Numbered from the stretch's first letter, positions 17,349-26,437 are shown. The stretch: DNA of 39,862 nt from Candidatus Benthicola azotiphorus (GCA_947581745.1 CANPVW010000255.1:1-39862), one strand, 5' to 3'. A program made the numbers and translations. The notes: a model not told the origin generated them from the sequence alone.

Positions 17349-18363
17349 GGCTGGAAGCTACGTGAATGTCCCCGAGACGATCAACCGGATCATGGATCGA
17401 GTAGCCCTCTTCGCCCACGAGGCGTGCAGCGCGCACGACACCGGCTGGGAGCACCCCGAGCACCAGGGTCGCCTGCGGGCCGTGATGGGCGCGCTGGCGA
17501 AGGCGCTCCCCGAGCTGAATGACCGCGTCGCACCGTTGCACGCCGAGCTCGCCTCGGAAGCCGATATCCGGCGCGTCCACACGGCGGAGCACGTGATGAC
17601 CGTGCGTGAAGCGTGCGAGAGAGCCGCGGCGGAGAACCGGGTCTTCCGTCTCGACCCGGACACGGTCGTCTCCGGGCGGTCCTGGGAGGCGGCCCGCGGC
17701 GCCAGCGGGGCGGCGCTGAGCGCGGTCCGCTGGGTGGGCCGCGGAGAGGGGACGGCCGCCTTCTGTGCCGTCCGGCCGCCGGGACACCACGCCACGGCCG
17801 ATCGTGCGATGGGCTTCTGCCTCCTGAACAACGTGGCCGTGGCGGCCCGCGGCGCCCTGGCCGAGGGAGTGGCCGGGCGTGTCCTGATCGTGGACTGGGA
17901 CGTGCACCACGGGAACGGAACGCAGGACCTCTTCTACGACGACCCTGACGTCTTCTATCTGTCGATGCACCAGCATCCCCTGTATCCGGGCACCGGGGCA
18001 GCGAGCGAGCGCGGGAGGGGCGCCGGCGAGGGCACGACCCTGAACGTGCCGATGAGCGCCGGACTCGAGCCGGAGCGCTACGTGGACGCTTTCCTGGAGG
18101 CGCTGGATGAGGCCGCCGCATTCGCGCCGGAAATGGTCTTCATCTCGGCGGGCTTCGACGCGGCGCGCGACGATCCGATCGGCGGCTTCACTCTGGCGCC
18201 CGAGCATTTCGCGCTGCTCACCCGGGAGGTCGTCGAGCGCACGCGACCGTCGGCCGCCGGTCGCGTCGTGTCGCTGCTGGAGGGCGGCTACGATCCACAG
18301 GAGCTCGGACGGTGCGTCACCGCGCACCTGACGGCCCTGGCCACCACTCGCGAGGTAGCATGA
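17347..18363 (+). CDS. Histone-deacetylase-family amidohydrolase (acetoin utilisation / acetylpolyamine deacetylase-like)
   Basis: Motifs HPEHQGRL, RPPGHHA, DWDVHHGNGTQ and EGGY. An alternative start is Met16 at 17392 (MDRVALFAHEA). Confidence 0.88.
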   Translation: MAGSYVNVPETINRIMDRVALFAHEACSAHDTGWEHPEHQGRLRAVMGALAKALPELNDRVAPLHAELASEADIRRVHTAEHVMTVREACERAAAENRVFRLDPDTVVSGRSWEAARGASGAALSAVRWVGRGEGTAAFCAVRPPGHHATADRAMGFCLLNNVAVAARGALAEGVAGRVLIVDWDVHHGNGTQDLFYDDPDVFYLSMHQHPLYPGTGAASERGRGAGEGTTLNVPMSAGLEPERYVDAFLEALDEAAAFAPEMVFISAGFDAARDDPIGGFTLAPEHFALLTREVVERTRPSAAGRVVSLLEGGYDPQELGRCVTAHLTALATTREVA

Positions 18364-19382
18364 AACTCACCTGGGAGACGTTCACGATAAGGGCGAAGCA
18401 CCCGTTCAAGATCAGCCGCTCGGTGCAGGAGAGCGTCGAGCGCGTATGGGTCCGCGTGGAGGCGGATGGGCAGGAGGGGTGGGGCGAGGCGGACCCCTCG
18501 CCGTACTACGGGGAGACGTCCGGCACCGTGGTGGCGGCCCTCGAACGGATGACTCCCGTGATCGACGCCGCGCCCGCGCCGGAAGGACTGGAGATGCTGG
18601 AACGGGCCCTTGCGGGGGCCATCGGGCACAACGGGTCGGCCCGGGCCGCCGTGAGCGCCGCGCTGCACGACCTGGTCGGTAAGCGCGCCGGGCAGCCGCT
18701 GTGGAAGCTGTGGGGACTCGAGCCGTCAGAGGCGCCGCTCAGCTCGTTCACGATCGGACTCGACGAGCCGGAGGTCCTGAAGACCAAAGTGGCGGAGGCG
18801 GCGGGCTATCCGATCCTGAAGGTCAAGCTGGGCACGGACCGGGACGAGGAGGTCATTTCCACGATCTGTGACGCGGCGGCCCCGGGCACGGTGCTGCGGG
18901 TGGACGCCAACGCCGGTTGGACGGCCCGCGACGCCATCGAGCGAATCGCCATGCTGGCCGACTACGGCGTGGAGTTCGTGGAGCAGCCGCTGCCGCCGGC
19001 TGACCGGGAGGGCTACCGGTTCCTGCACGGGCGCTCCGCCCTCCCGATCATCGTGGACGAGTCGTGTATCACGAGCTCGGACATCCCCGGCCTGGTGGGC
19101 ATGGCGGACGGGATCAACATCAAGCTGTCGAAGTGCGGAGGGCCGAGGGAGGCGATGAGGATGATCCACACGGCCCGCGCCTTCGGACTCCGCGTGATGA
19201 TGGGGTGCATGCTGGAGTCCTCGCTCGGCATTGCCCCCGCCGCGCACCTCGCGTCGCTCCTGGACTACGCCGACCTCGACGGGGCCGAGCTGATCGCGTC
19301 CGACCCGTTTGCCGGGCCGGGCCTGCGCGGGGCGGAGATCCATGTGGGAGACGAGCCCGGCCTGGGTGTCCGGAGGGCCTGA
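18360..19382 (+). CDS. Enolase-superfamily dipeptide epimerase (L-Ala-D/L-Glu epimerase-like)
   Basis: Motifs ILKVKLG, RVDANAGW, FVEQPL, IIVDES and INIKLSKCGG. The ATG at 18360 overlaps the upstream TGA stop (ATGA). Confidence 0.8.
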   Translation: MKLTWETFTIRAKHPFKISRSVQESVERVWVRVEADGQEGWGEADPSPYYGETSGTVVAALERMTPVIDAAPAPEGLEMLERALAGAIGHNGSARAAVSAALHDLVGKRAGQPLWKLWGLEPSEAPLSSFTIGLDEPEVLKTKVAEAAGYPILKVKLGTDRDEEVISTICDAAAPGTVLRVDANAGWTARDAIERIAMLADYGVEFVEQPLPPADREGYRFLHGRSALPIIVDESCITSSDIPGLVGMADGINIKLSKCGGPREAMRMIHTARAFGLRVMMGCMLESSLGIAPAAHLASLLDYADLDGAELIASDPFAGPGLRGAEIHVGDEPGLGVRRA

Positions 19383-20539
19383 TCGGCACGCCGGGTGCAC
19401 GGATCGGCGGCCTGGTCCTGATCGGCCTGCTGGGGGCCGCCTCGTCCTCGCCGGGCCAGACCGTCCGCGGCACGCTGGTGGAGGAAGGGACCGAGCGGCC
19501 GATCGCCGGCGCTTTCGTCATCCTGCAGGATTCCCTCGGGCAGTCCGTAGCCAGCACCCTCACGGGTGGTGCGGGCGCCTGGCTGCTCCGGGCGCCCGCG
19601 CCGGGCGCCTACCGACTGCGGACGGATCGGATCGGCTACGCGAGCGTGACGTCCGACCGCCTGCAGCTGACGCCGGGGGCGACGGTCAGCCGGCGGCTGT
19701 CCGTGCCGGTCGCGCCCATCGCGCTGGCGGAACTGGCGATCGACGCGGAGAGCGGTCCCTGCGAAGTGCTGGAACAGGATGGACTCGCCGTGTACCGCGT
19801 CTGGGAGGAGGCCCGGAAGGCGCTGGCTGCGATCGTGTGGACGGGCCAGCAGCCCTACTTCCGCTTCGACGCGGTGCACTACCGGCGGACCCTCGATCCG
19901 CACGGAGTGCCCACCGGTGAGCCGGAGTACGAGGAAGTGAGGTACTTCGGCCGCCACCCCTTCCGCTCCATTCCCGCCCGCGACCTCGTGCTGGGCGGAT
20001 TCGTGCAGCAATTCGCCGGCGAGGTCCAGTACTACGGCCCGGACGCCGACGTGTTGCTGTCGGGTGACTTCCTGAGGCGGCACTGCTTCCAGCTGGCGGA
20101 GGCCGACGACTCCGCCCTGGTCAGACTGGACTTCGAGCCGGTGGAAGGTCCCAGGGTGATCGACATCCAGGGAACGATGTGGCTGGACGCCGCGACATCC
20201 GAGCTCCGCAGGCTGGACTTCGAGTACGAGAACCTGGACCTGGACGTGGACACCCGGCAGCTCGGGGGCACGGTGGAGTTCGCCCGCCTGCCCTCCGGCG
20301 CCTGGATCGTCCGGGACTGGGCGATCCGGGTGCCGATCATCGAGCAGGGACCGGCCCGGCGGACCGCCGGCGGACGGCGGCTGGCGCCGAAGCGGATCCT
20401 GACCGGGATCGACGAGGGAGGCGGACAGGTCACGGCCGTCTACCTGACGAGCCGCCTCGCCGGGGCGGCCTCCACGGACACGCTGCCGGTGCGACCCCCG
20501 CCCGACTCGCTGATCGTGCGCTTTCCGCTGCGTCAATAG
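19379..20539 (+). CDS. Secreted protein with an N-terminal carboxypeptidase-regulatory-like (CarboxypepD_reg) domain. Start codon unresolved.
   Basis: A signal-like segment GGLVLIGLLGAASSSPGQ is followed by VRGTLVEEGTERPIAGAFVILQD...YRLRTDRIGY, which is typical of CarboxypepD_reg domains. Between the GTG at 19205 and the signal peptide there is no in-frame ATG, GTG or TTG. CTG at 19379 overlaps the upstream TGA stop. Confidence 0.5.
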   Translation: MIGTPGARIGGLVLIGLLGAASSSPGQTVRGTLVEEGTERPIAGAFVILQDSLGQSVASTLTGGAGAWLLRAPAPGAYRLRTDRIGYASVTSDRLQLTPGATVSRRLSVPVAPIALAELAIDAESGPCEVLEQDGLAVYRVWEEARKALAAIVWTGQQPYFRFDAVHYRRTLDPHGVPTGEPEYEEVRYFGRHPFRSIPARDLVLGGFVQQFAGEVQYYGPDADVLLSGDFLRRHCFQLAEADDSALVRLDFEPVEGPRVIDIQGTMWLDAATSELRRLDFEYENLDLDVDTRQLGGTVEFARLPSGAWIVRDWAIRVPIIEQGPARRTAGGRRLAPKRILTGIDEGGGQVTAVYLTSRLAGAASTDTLPVRPPPDSLIVRFPLRQ

Positions 20540-20639
20540 CCCGGAGTGCACGGTTTGCCGGGATCGGTGTGTTCAATGAGTGTCGCGTAACACGCTGTAC
20601 TATGCAGTAACCGCCCGTCGGGGTGACCCGGCCGGCATC

Positions 20640-22916
20640 TCAGAGGAGCGCTTCCGGGTCGCGATCGATCTCGAGTCGCAACCCGCCGGCCGGCTGTCCG
20701 TGATGGCGCGCCAGGTGCCGAATCAGCGATCCGAGATCCGCGGCCCGGACGCTCTTCAGCAGCAAGTGCCAGCGCCAGCGCGCGCGGATCCGATCGATCG
20801 GACAGGGAGCGGGGCCGACCAGGTCGATGTCCGACAGGCCGTTACGTTCCACGATCTCGCGTGCCTTCTCGGCGGTGGCGAGGGCAACCTCGGCCACCCG
20901 CTCCTCGGACGGCCCGGAGACGATCAGGTTGACGAGCCGCCGGTGCGGGGGATATCCGGGTTCCTCCCGGTCCTTGATTTCTGCGTAGGCGAAGGTGAGA
21001 TAGTCGTGCTCGACGGCGGCGCGAAGGGCCGGGTGGTGAGGCCTGGCCGTCTGGACGAGCACCTCTCCCGGCTCGCCGCCGCGGCCGGCCCGTCCGGCCA
21101 CCTGGGCGAGGAGCTGGAACGTGCGCTCCGCCGCACGGAAGTCTGGCAGGTTGAGGCCCGTGTCGGCGTTGATCACCCCGACCAGCGTGACGCCCGGGAA
21201 GTCGAGGCCCTTGGCGATCATCTGGGTCCCGAGGAGGATGTCCACGTCGCCGCGCCGCACCTGCTCCAGGAGTCGGCCGTGCGCGCCCTTGCTACCGGTC
21301 GTGTCGACGTCCATGCGGAGGACCCGGGCGGAGGGGAACAGCTCGGTGACCCGCCTCTCGACCTGCTCCGTCCCGATTCCCGTGAACTGCAGCTCGGCCT
21401 CTCCGCACGCGCCACAGCAAACCGGTACCGGCTCCTCGTGCGCACAATGGTGGCAGATGAGGCGGGCCCGGGCCCTGTGGTAGGTGAGGGACACGTTGCA
21501 GGAGGGGCAGCTCCACACCTGTCCGCAGGCCGGGCACTGCAGGAAAGTCGAGTAGCCTCTCCTGTTCAGAAGCAGGATGCTCTGCTCGCCGCGCTCCAGG
21601 CGGGTCGTGACGGCGTCGCGCAGCCGGGGGCTGACGATGGACTCCGGGGCCTCGCCGGCCGCCAGGGCCCGCGCGCGCACTTCCCGCAGGTCGACGAGGT
21701 CCACGTGCGGCAGCGGGTGGGGTGTGGCTCTCTCCGGCAGTTCGAACAGCCGGTACCGGCCTTCCGTCGCGTTCTGCCAGGATTCGAGCGAAGGAGTGGC
21801 CGAGCCGAGGACGACCAGGGCCCCCTCCGCGCGGCCCCGCACGGCGGCCAGCGCGCGGGCGTGGTACCGCGGCGTGTCCGACTGCTTGTAGGAGCCGTCG
21901 TGCTCTTCGTCCAGGATGATGACTCCGGGATCCGGGACGGGTGCGAAGATAGCCGACCGCGTACCGATCACCACGCGACGCTCGCCGGCCCGCAACGACC
22001 GCCAGGCGTCGTGTCGCTCCCCGGACGACAACGCCGAGTGCAGCACCGTCACCTGGCCGCCGAACGCGGCGCGGAACCGCTGCACCGTCTGTGGCGTCAG
22101 CGCGATCTCGGGCACGAGGACGATCGCGGACCGTCCCCGCTCCATGACGCTGGAGATCAGCCTCAGGTAGACCACCGTCTTCCCGGATCCGGTGACCCCG
22201 TGCAGAAGGGCCACCCCCGGGTCCGGCTCGCGGGCGAGGCGGACGAGCGCGCCCAGGACACTCTCCTGCCGGGCGTTCAAGTGACGCGGGAGCTCCACGT
22301 CGTCGCCCGAGCCGGCGAACGGGTCCCGGGTCACGGCCTCGAGCCGGATGCGGGCCAGCCCCCGATCCACCAGGCCGCCGATCACGGATCGCCCGTACCC
22401 GTAGTGACCCTCGAGGTGGGCTACGGGGGCCGAACCGCCGATCGCCTCGAGCGTCTCGAACGCCTGTCGCTGACGGTGCGCGCGGCCGAACGCCGCGTCA
22501 CGCTCCAGCAGGGTCGGCGCTTCTCCGACGAGCTCGATCACCTGGCGTTCGAGCTCCGCCGTACCCGTCGGCCGGGCCTCGCCCAGCAGCCCGGGCGGGA
22601 GGGCCGCCCGATACACGAGGCCCGGAGGGGCGGCGTAGTAGTCGGATGTCCATCGACACAGGTGCAGCAGGTCCGCCGAGAGCAACGGCTCGTCATCCAG
22701 CACCTCGGCGATATCCCTCACGGTCCGGTCGGGAGGAATCCCGAGCACGGAATCGATGACACCGATCTCGCGACGTCGGCCGAAAGGCACCCGCACCCGC
22801 GTTCCGGGCACGGCACGCCCGCGCAGTTCGGGTGGAACGCGATATGCAAAGGTCTGGAAGACGGGCTTCGGAAGGGCGACCTGGCAGAACACGTCCGCGT
22901 GCGACGGGCCGGTCAC
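20640..22916 (-). CDS. priA: Primosomal protein N' (replication restart helicase)
   Basis: 758 aa with a GTG start. Contains Walker A LLHGVTGSGKT, the IILDEEHDGSYK box, and zinc-binding Cys clusters (CPACG..CPSCN..CHHC..CGACG). Confidence 0.95.
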   Translation of the reverse strand: MTGPSHADVFCQVALPKPVFQTFAYRVPPELRGRAVPGTRVRVPFGRRREIGVIDSVLGIPPDRTVRDIAEVLDDEPLLSADLLHLCRWTSDYYAAPPGLVYRAALPPGLLGEARPTGTAELERQVIELVGEAPTLLERDAAFGRAHRQRQAFETLEAIGGSAPVAHLEGHYGYGRSVIGGLVDRGLARIRLEAVTRDPFAGSGDDVELPRHLNARQESVLGALVRLAREPDPGVALLHGVTGSGKTVVYLRLISSVMERGRSAIVLVPEIALTPQTVQRFRAAFGGQVTVLHSALSSGERHDAWRSLRAGERRVVIGTRSAIFAPVPDPGVIILDEEHDGSYKQSDTPRYHARALAAVRGRAEGALVVLGSATPSLESWQNATEGRYRLFELPERATPHPLPHVDLVDLREVRARALAAGEAPESIVSPRLRDAVTTRLERGEQSILLLNRRGYSTFLQCPACGQVWSCPSCNVSLTYHRARARLICHHCAHEEPVPVCCGACGEAELQFTGIGTEQVERRVTELFPSARVLRMDVDTTGSKGAHGRLLEQVRRGDVDILLGTQMIAKGLDFPGVTLVGVINADTGLNLPDFRAAERTFQLLAQVAGRAGRGGEPGEVLVQTARPHHPALRAAVEHDYLTFAYAEIKDREEPGYPPHRRLVNLIVSGPSEERVAEVALATAEKAREIVERNGLSDIDLVGPAPCPIDRIRARWRWHLLLKSVRAADLGSLIRHLARHHGQPAGGLRLEIDRDPEALL

Positions 22917-22932
22917 GAAGCCAGCCGGGATC

Positions 22933-22962
22933 TTGACGTCCCGCTCGCGCCTCGCCTAAACT
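22933..22962 (+). promoter_or_regulatory. Candidate promoter for the HNH-tatA pair: TTGACG-N18-TAAACT
   Basis: TTGACG at 22933-22938, an 18-nt spacer, then TAAACT at 22957-22962. AGGAGG at 22976-22981 precedes the ATG at 22995. Confidence 0.5.
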
Positions 22963-22994
22963 CACGCGGCAGAACAGGAGGTCGACTCAGTTCC

Positions 22995-23543
22995 ATGGGT
23001 TGTCTCGCACTGAACGCGTCTTTCGAGCCGCTTACGATCATACCGGTCCGCCGGGCCCTCCGCCTCGTGATCGACCGCAAGGCGGAGGCACTGGAAGTGG
23101 ACGAGGAGCGTCCATTCCGCTCCGAGTCCGCCGAATTCCCGGCTCCCGTGGTGATCCGCCTGGTTCGCTACGTCCACGTGCCGCGTCGGCTTCGCCGCCA
23201 GGTCACGAACACGTTCCTGTTCGCCCGGGACGGCTATTCGTGCCAGTACTGCGGCCGCCACCGACGGGACCTGGGGTACCGCGAGTCGCTGACGCGGGAC
23301 CACATCGTGCCGCTTTCGAGAGGCGGAGACAACCGGTGGACGAACGTCGTCACCGCGTGCAGTCGGTGCAATCTGCGCAAAGGCAACCGTCTGCCGACGG
23401 AGTGCGGGATGAAGCTCCACAGCGATCCTTCCGAGCCCAACGATGTCGAACTCGTCTGGGCGATTCGCCGAGTCACACCGATTCAGGTACGATACATCCG
23501 GCTGTTCTACGGCGAAGAGGTCTTGCGCCTGCTGTCACACTGA
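22995..23543 (+). CDS. HNH endonuclease (standalone, about 180 aa)
   Basis: CQYCG...DHIVPLSRGGDNRWTNVVTACSRCNLRKGN forms an HNH motif with two CxxC pairs. This is the only genuine coding part of the 987-aa track ORF 20580..23543. Confidence 0.85.
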   Translation: MGCLALNASFEPLTIIPVRRALRLVIDRKAEALEVDEERPFRSESAEFPAPVVIRLVRYVHVPRRLRRQVTNTFLFARDGYSCQYCGRHRRDLGYRESLTRDHIVPLSRGGDNRWTNVVTACSRCNLRKGNRLPTECGMKLHSDPSEPNDVELVWAIRRVTPIQVRYIRLFYGEEVLRLLSH

Positions 23544-23558
23544 GCCGGGTGGAGTACG

Positions 23559-24071
23559 ATGGGTTTCGGGTCGCTGGGCATGTCGGAGCTGTTGGTGATC
23601 TTCGCGATCGTCCTGGTGGCCTTCGGGCCGCGGCGGTTTCCAGAGATCGCCCGCTCCATGGGCTCGGCGATGCGCGAGTTCAGGCGCAGCCTGAACCAGA
23701 TCCAGCGCGAGCTCGAAGAGGCCGATCCCCGCAAGGACCTCCCTGGCAAGGACATCCTCGACGACATCCGGAAGGGCCCCGCGGGATGGCTGGACCCGAA
23801 GCGTCCGGCTGCGGGCTCGGGCTCCGGGACGCCGAGTGCGGTCTCTGCCGGAACTCCGGCCCTGCGCAGCGCCGCCGGAAGAGTCGATTCGGAAATCACC
23901 GGGGAGGCGGCCGGGTCGGCCGAGGCGCCAGCCTCCGCCGATGCATCCGAGTCCGGTGAACCGACCGCTCCCGAGGAGGCCGGCGAGGACGATCCCGCCG
24001 GCGGGGAGCAGCTCCCGATATTCGACGAGTCTCCCCCGGAACCGTCTACGGACGACAGTCGATCCGGCTGA
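23559..24071 (+). CDS. tatA: Twin-arginine translocase TatA/TatB-family protein with a long acidic, Pro-rich tail
   Basis: N-terminal MSELLVIFAIVLVAFGPRRFPEIARSMGSAMREFRRS gives a transmembrane helix, the FGP hinge and an amphipathic helix. At 170 aa it is TatB-like in length. Confidence 0.8.
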   Translation: MGFGSLGMSELLVIFAIVLVAFGPRRFPEIARSMGSAMREFRRSLNQIQRELEEADPRKDLPGKDILDDIRKGPAGWLDPKRPAAGSGSGTPSAVSAGTPALRSAAGRVDSEITGEAAGSAEAPASADASESGEPTAPEEAGEDDPAGGEQLPIFDESPPEPSTDDSRSG

Positions 24072-24998
24072 GCTGAGGCGGCCGGTTGTCACGGCCCTCG
24101 CTCGCCAGGTAGAGCCGCTCTCCGTCCGCCGCGAACGCGACGCCCTCGCCCTGCGGCTCGATCGCCGGCACGAGCGATGCCTGCTCGGGGACCGCCAGAG
24201 TGTCGAAACTGGCGGACCCGGCCCAGTCGAACAGGTACAGGGCGGTGTAGCTTCGCACGGCGAGCCGGGTCCCGTCGGGGGAGAGATCGGCGGCTGTGAC
24301 GAGGTGGCTGCTCACGTCGGGCTGGATGGGCACGTCCAGGCGCCCTACGCGGTGCAGGGCCACCGGACCGTCCGCCGACTCCAGCGCCTGGAGATCCGCC
24401 ACGTACAGCTCGACCATGTCGTTCCGGCCCTTGGTGACGATCCCGAGCTCGCCCCGCACTGCATCCACGAACAGGGACTCCGCATCCCTGGCTCCGCCGG
24501 GGTAGACCAGGGTGTAGCTGGCCAGCGGGCTGACAGGATCGGTCGGCACGGCGGCATCGGATGGGACGGGGGGCAGCGGAAGCCGGTGCACCACGATGTC
24601 CGGGTGAACCGCAGCGTTGTCACCCATGTCCGCGTAGTACAGGCACCAGGCCGCGCCGCAACGGGCAAGGGCCACGTCTTCCACGTCACGGCTCGTCGCC
24701 CCGACGATCGGCGTACGCCCCACCAGCGTCCCCGCCGTATCGACCGCGAACAGGACCGGATCGTTTCCACTGTCGTTGTGCAGCCAGTAGAGGTCCGCCC
24801 TTCGGGGATCGCGCACGATCCCCGAAGCTTCGCCGAGATCCGACGGCAGCGGGCCCACCACGACCGGCAGATCGCAGGCGACGGCTTCCGTCGCCCCGTT
24901 CGACTCGGACACGCCGCTGGAGCAGGCGGCCAGCGCTGCCGCAAGGCAGGCCGCACACGCCACCGCCAGGGAACGCTCGATCACCGGTCGGTGCGCCA
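24046..24998 (-). CDS. Hypothetical lipoprotein (possibly beta-propeller-like)
   Basis: TTG at 24998 is preceded by AGGAGA. The lipobox is ACLAAALAACSS. I do not recognise a family with confidence. The 3' end overlaps tatA by 26 nt, convergently. Confidence 0.55.
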
Positions 24999-25021
24999 AG
25001 GTGCTCTCCTGTTGTCGCCCG

Positions 25022-26437
25022 TCATTCAGCGGGAGCCGTACGCTCCCGGTACTTCGTGCTTCCCTTCTCGTCCAGCAGTTCGAGCCACCGCACCGCATCC
25101 GCGGGATTCTCGACCCGAGGCTGCACGGAGTCGACGATCGAGACGCCTGGAAAACGGGTCCAGGCGCCCTGCGTCAGGACGACCAGCTGAATCGTCTCCC
25201 CCTTGCGGCAGCCGGTGCACAGGAGGATCTCGCCAGCCGGGACGGAGGCGGAGCCGAGCCGATAGTCCCCCGGAGCGCCTTCGACATCCAGTCGGAGGGT
25301 GAAGCCGGACAGCCAGCCGGGGACCTTCCACTCGCCGACGAGCGTCGTCCCGGCGGAATCGGGCAGAGCGATCAAGTTGGCCAGCGGGTGAAGCGGCTCG
25401 TCCGCTTCGGAAGCAGGGTCGCCCGAAGCCGACGGCGGCGCCCCGGCCCCTGTCGCAGGGTTCGACCAGCCGAGCAGCCGGATCGACGAGTGGAACGCCT
25501 GCAGGAGCGCTTCCGGGTCGAGCCGGAGCACCTTTTCCGACTTGAAGTCGGGCCACTCGAGCTCGACCTTCATGCCCTCGCCACGGATCACCGCCTCGCG
25601 AAGGGTCTTGAACTCGATCGGCATGAGCACGGTCCGCGGCTGGGCCGGGGTGAGCCACTCGATCTCCCGCTTCACCTCCTCGCCACCCGTCTTCGCCTTC
25701 AGCTTGGCGCCCTGGATGGCCGTCACCGCGAACGCCGCCAGGCGCACAGCGCCGGCTCCGAACAGCCGGTCCTCCTTCCAGCCGAGAAGCGGCTCCGGCC
25801 CGGCGTCCGGGTACGCGACCACCCACGGCGCGGGCCCGGTGCGGGTGTCGCCGTACGGCCTCGACGCCTGCACGCGGATGCCCTGAAGTCCGTCCGCCGA
25901 CGCCGGGGCGATCCACGCCTCCAGGCCGAACGGGCAGTCACCGGACACGGCTTTCACGAGGAACGTGTTGTAGCCGAACCCGATTCGCACTCGAGCCGGC
26001 CGGCCGAGCGCCGTGAGGGAGCGGCCGTTCAGCCAGGCCTCGACGTCCGTGCAGCCGAGACCGCGCCAGTCGAGGTCTATCGTGCGGTCCGCCGCTGACT
26101 TGAGGTACGCGTGCGCGTAGACCACGACGCGCCCGCCGCCGGCCGGCCTGAGGTCATCCAGCTGCAGGGCCGCCACGGAGTCCTGGCGGACGAGGGTCCA
26201 GTCGGCCCCCGCCACCGTGCGCCCGCGGTCCGGGAGGACCGCCACCTCCCCCGGGGCCGAGAGGAAGTCGGTATGCAAGGCATCGTCGGCGGAATCCGCC
26301 TGAAACGGGGTGGACACGAGCCACCGGTCCACGGGGACCGATTCCTGGGCGCCCGCCGGGGCCGTGGCGCCGGCCAGCAGCAGCACCGCCGCGCCCACTC
26401 CGCCGAGGCGAATCCCGCGCACCAGCTTCCGCTTCAT
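25022..26437 (-). CDS. Hypothetical secreted protein (471 aa) with jelly-roll / galactose-binding-like segments
   Basis: The ATG at 26437 is preceded by GGAGG. The signal peptide is MKRKLVRGIRLGGVGAAVLLLAGATAPAGAQ. The segment DWTLV...VYAHAYL...VEAWLNGRSL...GYNTFLVKA resembles sugar-binding jelly-roll domains. This assignment is weak. Confidence 0.55.
   Translation of the reverse strand: MKRKLVRGIRLGGVGAAVLLLAGATAPAGAQESVPVDRWLVSTPFQADSADDALHTDFLSAPGEVAVLPDRGRTVAGADWTLVRQDSVAALQLDDLRPAGGGRVVVYAHAYLKSAADRTIDLDWRGLGCTDVEAWLNGRSLTALGRPARVRIGFGYNTFLVKAVSGDCPFGLEAWIAPASADGLQGIRVQASRPYGDTRTGPAPWVVAYPDAGPEPLLGWKEDRLFGAGAVRLAAFAVTAIQGAKLKAKTGGEEVKREIEWLTPAQPRTVLMPIEFKTLREAVIRGEGMKVELEWPDFKSEKVLRLDPEALLQAFHSSIRLLGWSNPATGAGAPPSASGDPASEADEPLHPLANLIALPDSAGTTLVGEWKVPGWLSGFTLRLDVEGAPGDYRLGSASVPAGEILLCTGCRKGETIQLVVLTQGAWTRFPGVSIVDSVQPRVENPADAVRWLELLDEKGSTKYRERTAPAE

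Noticed and set aside
20540-20639. A lower-GC island (GTGTTCAATGAGTGTCGCGTAACACGCTGTACTATGCAGTAACC) in the convergent spacer after priA. I examined it for an sRNA, promoter or terminator.
   Set aside because: It contains only a -10-like TACTAT with no acceptable -35, and only weak 5-bp stems such as CCCGG..CCGGG. I cannot support a call.
20580-22994. The 5' 2.4 kb of the 987-aa plus-strand ORF 20580..23543, the longest ORF in the track.
   Set aside because: It is the antisense frame of priA. Its translation is Arg/Gly/Pro-rich with no recognisable domain. PriA motifs on the opposite strand are unambiguous. Only the last 182 codons (the HNH gene from 22995) are real.
22995-23543. The HNH endonuclease as part of a restriction-modification system, homing element or prophage.
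   Set aside because: There is no adjacent methyltransferase, intein or intron host gene, terminase, or flanking repeats. Composition is indistinguishable from the surrounding core genes.
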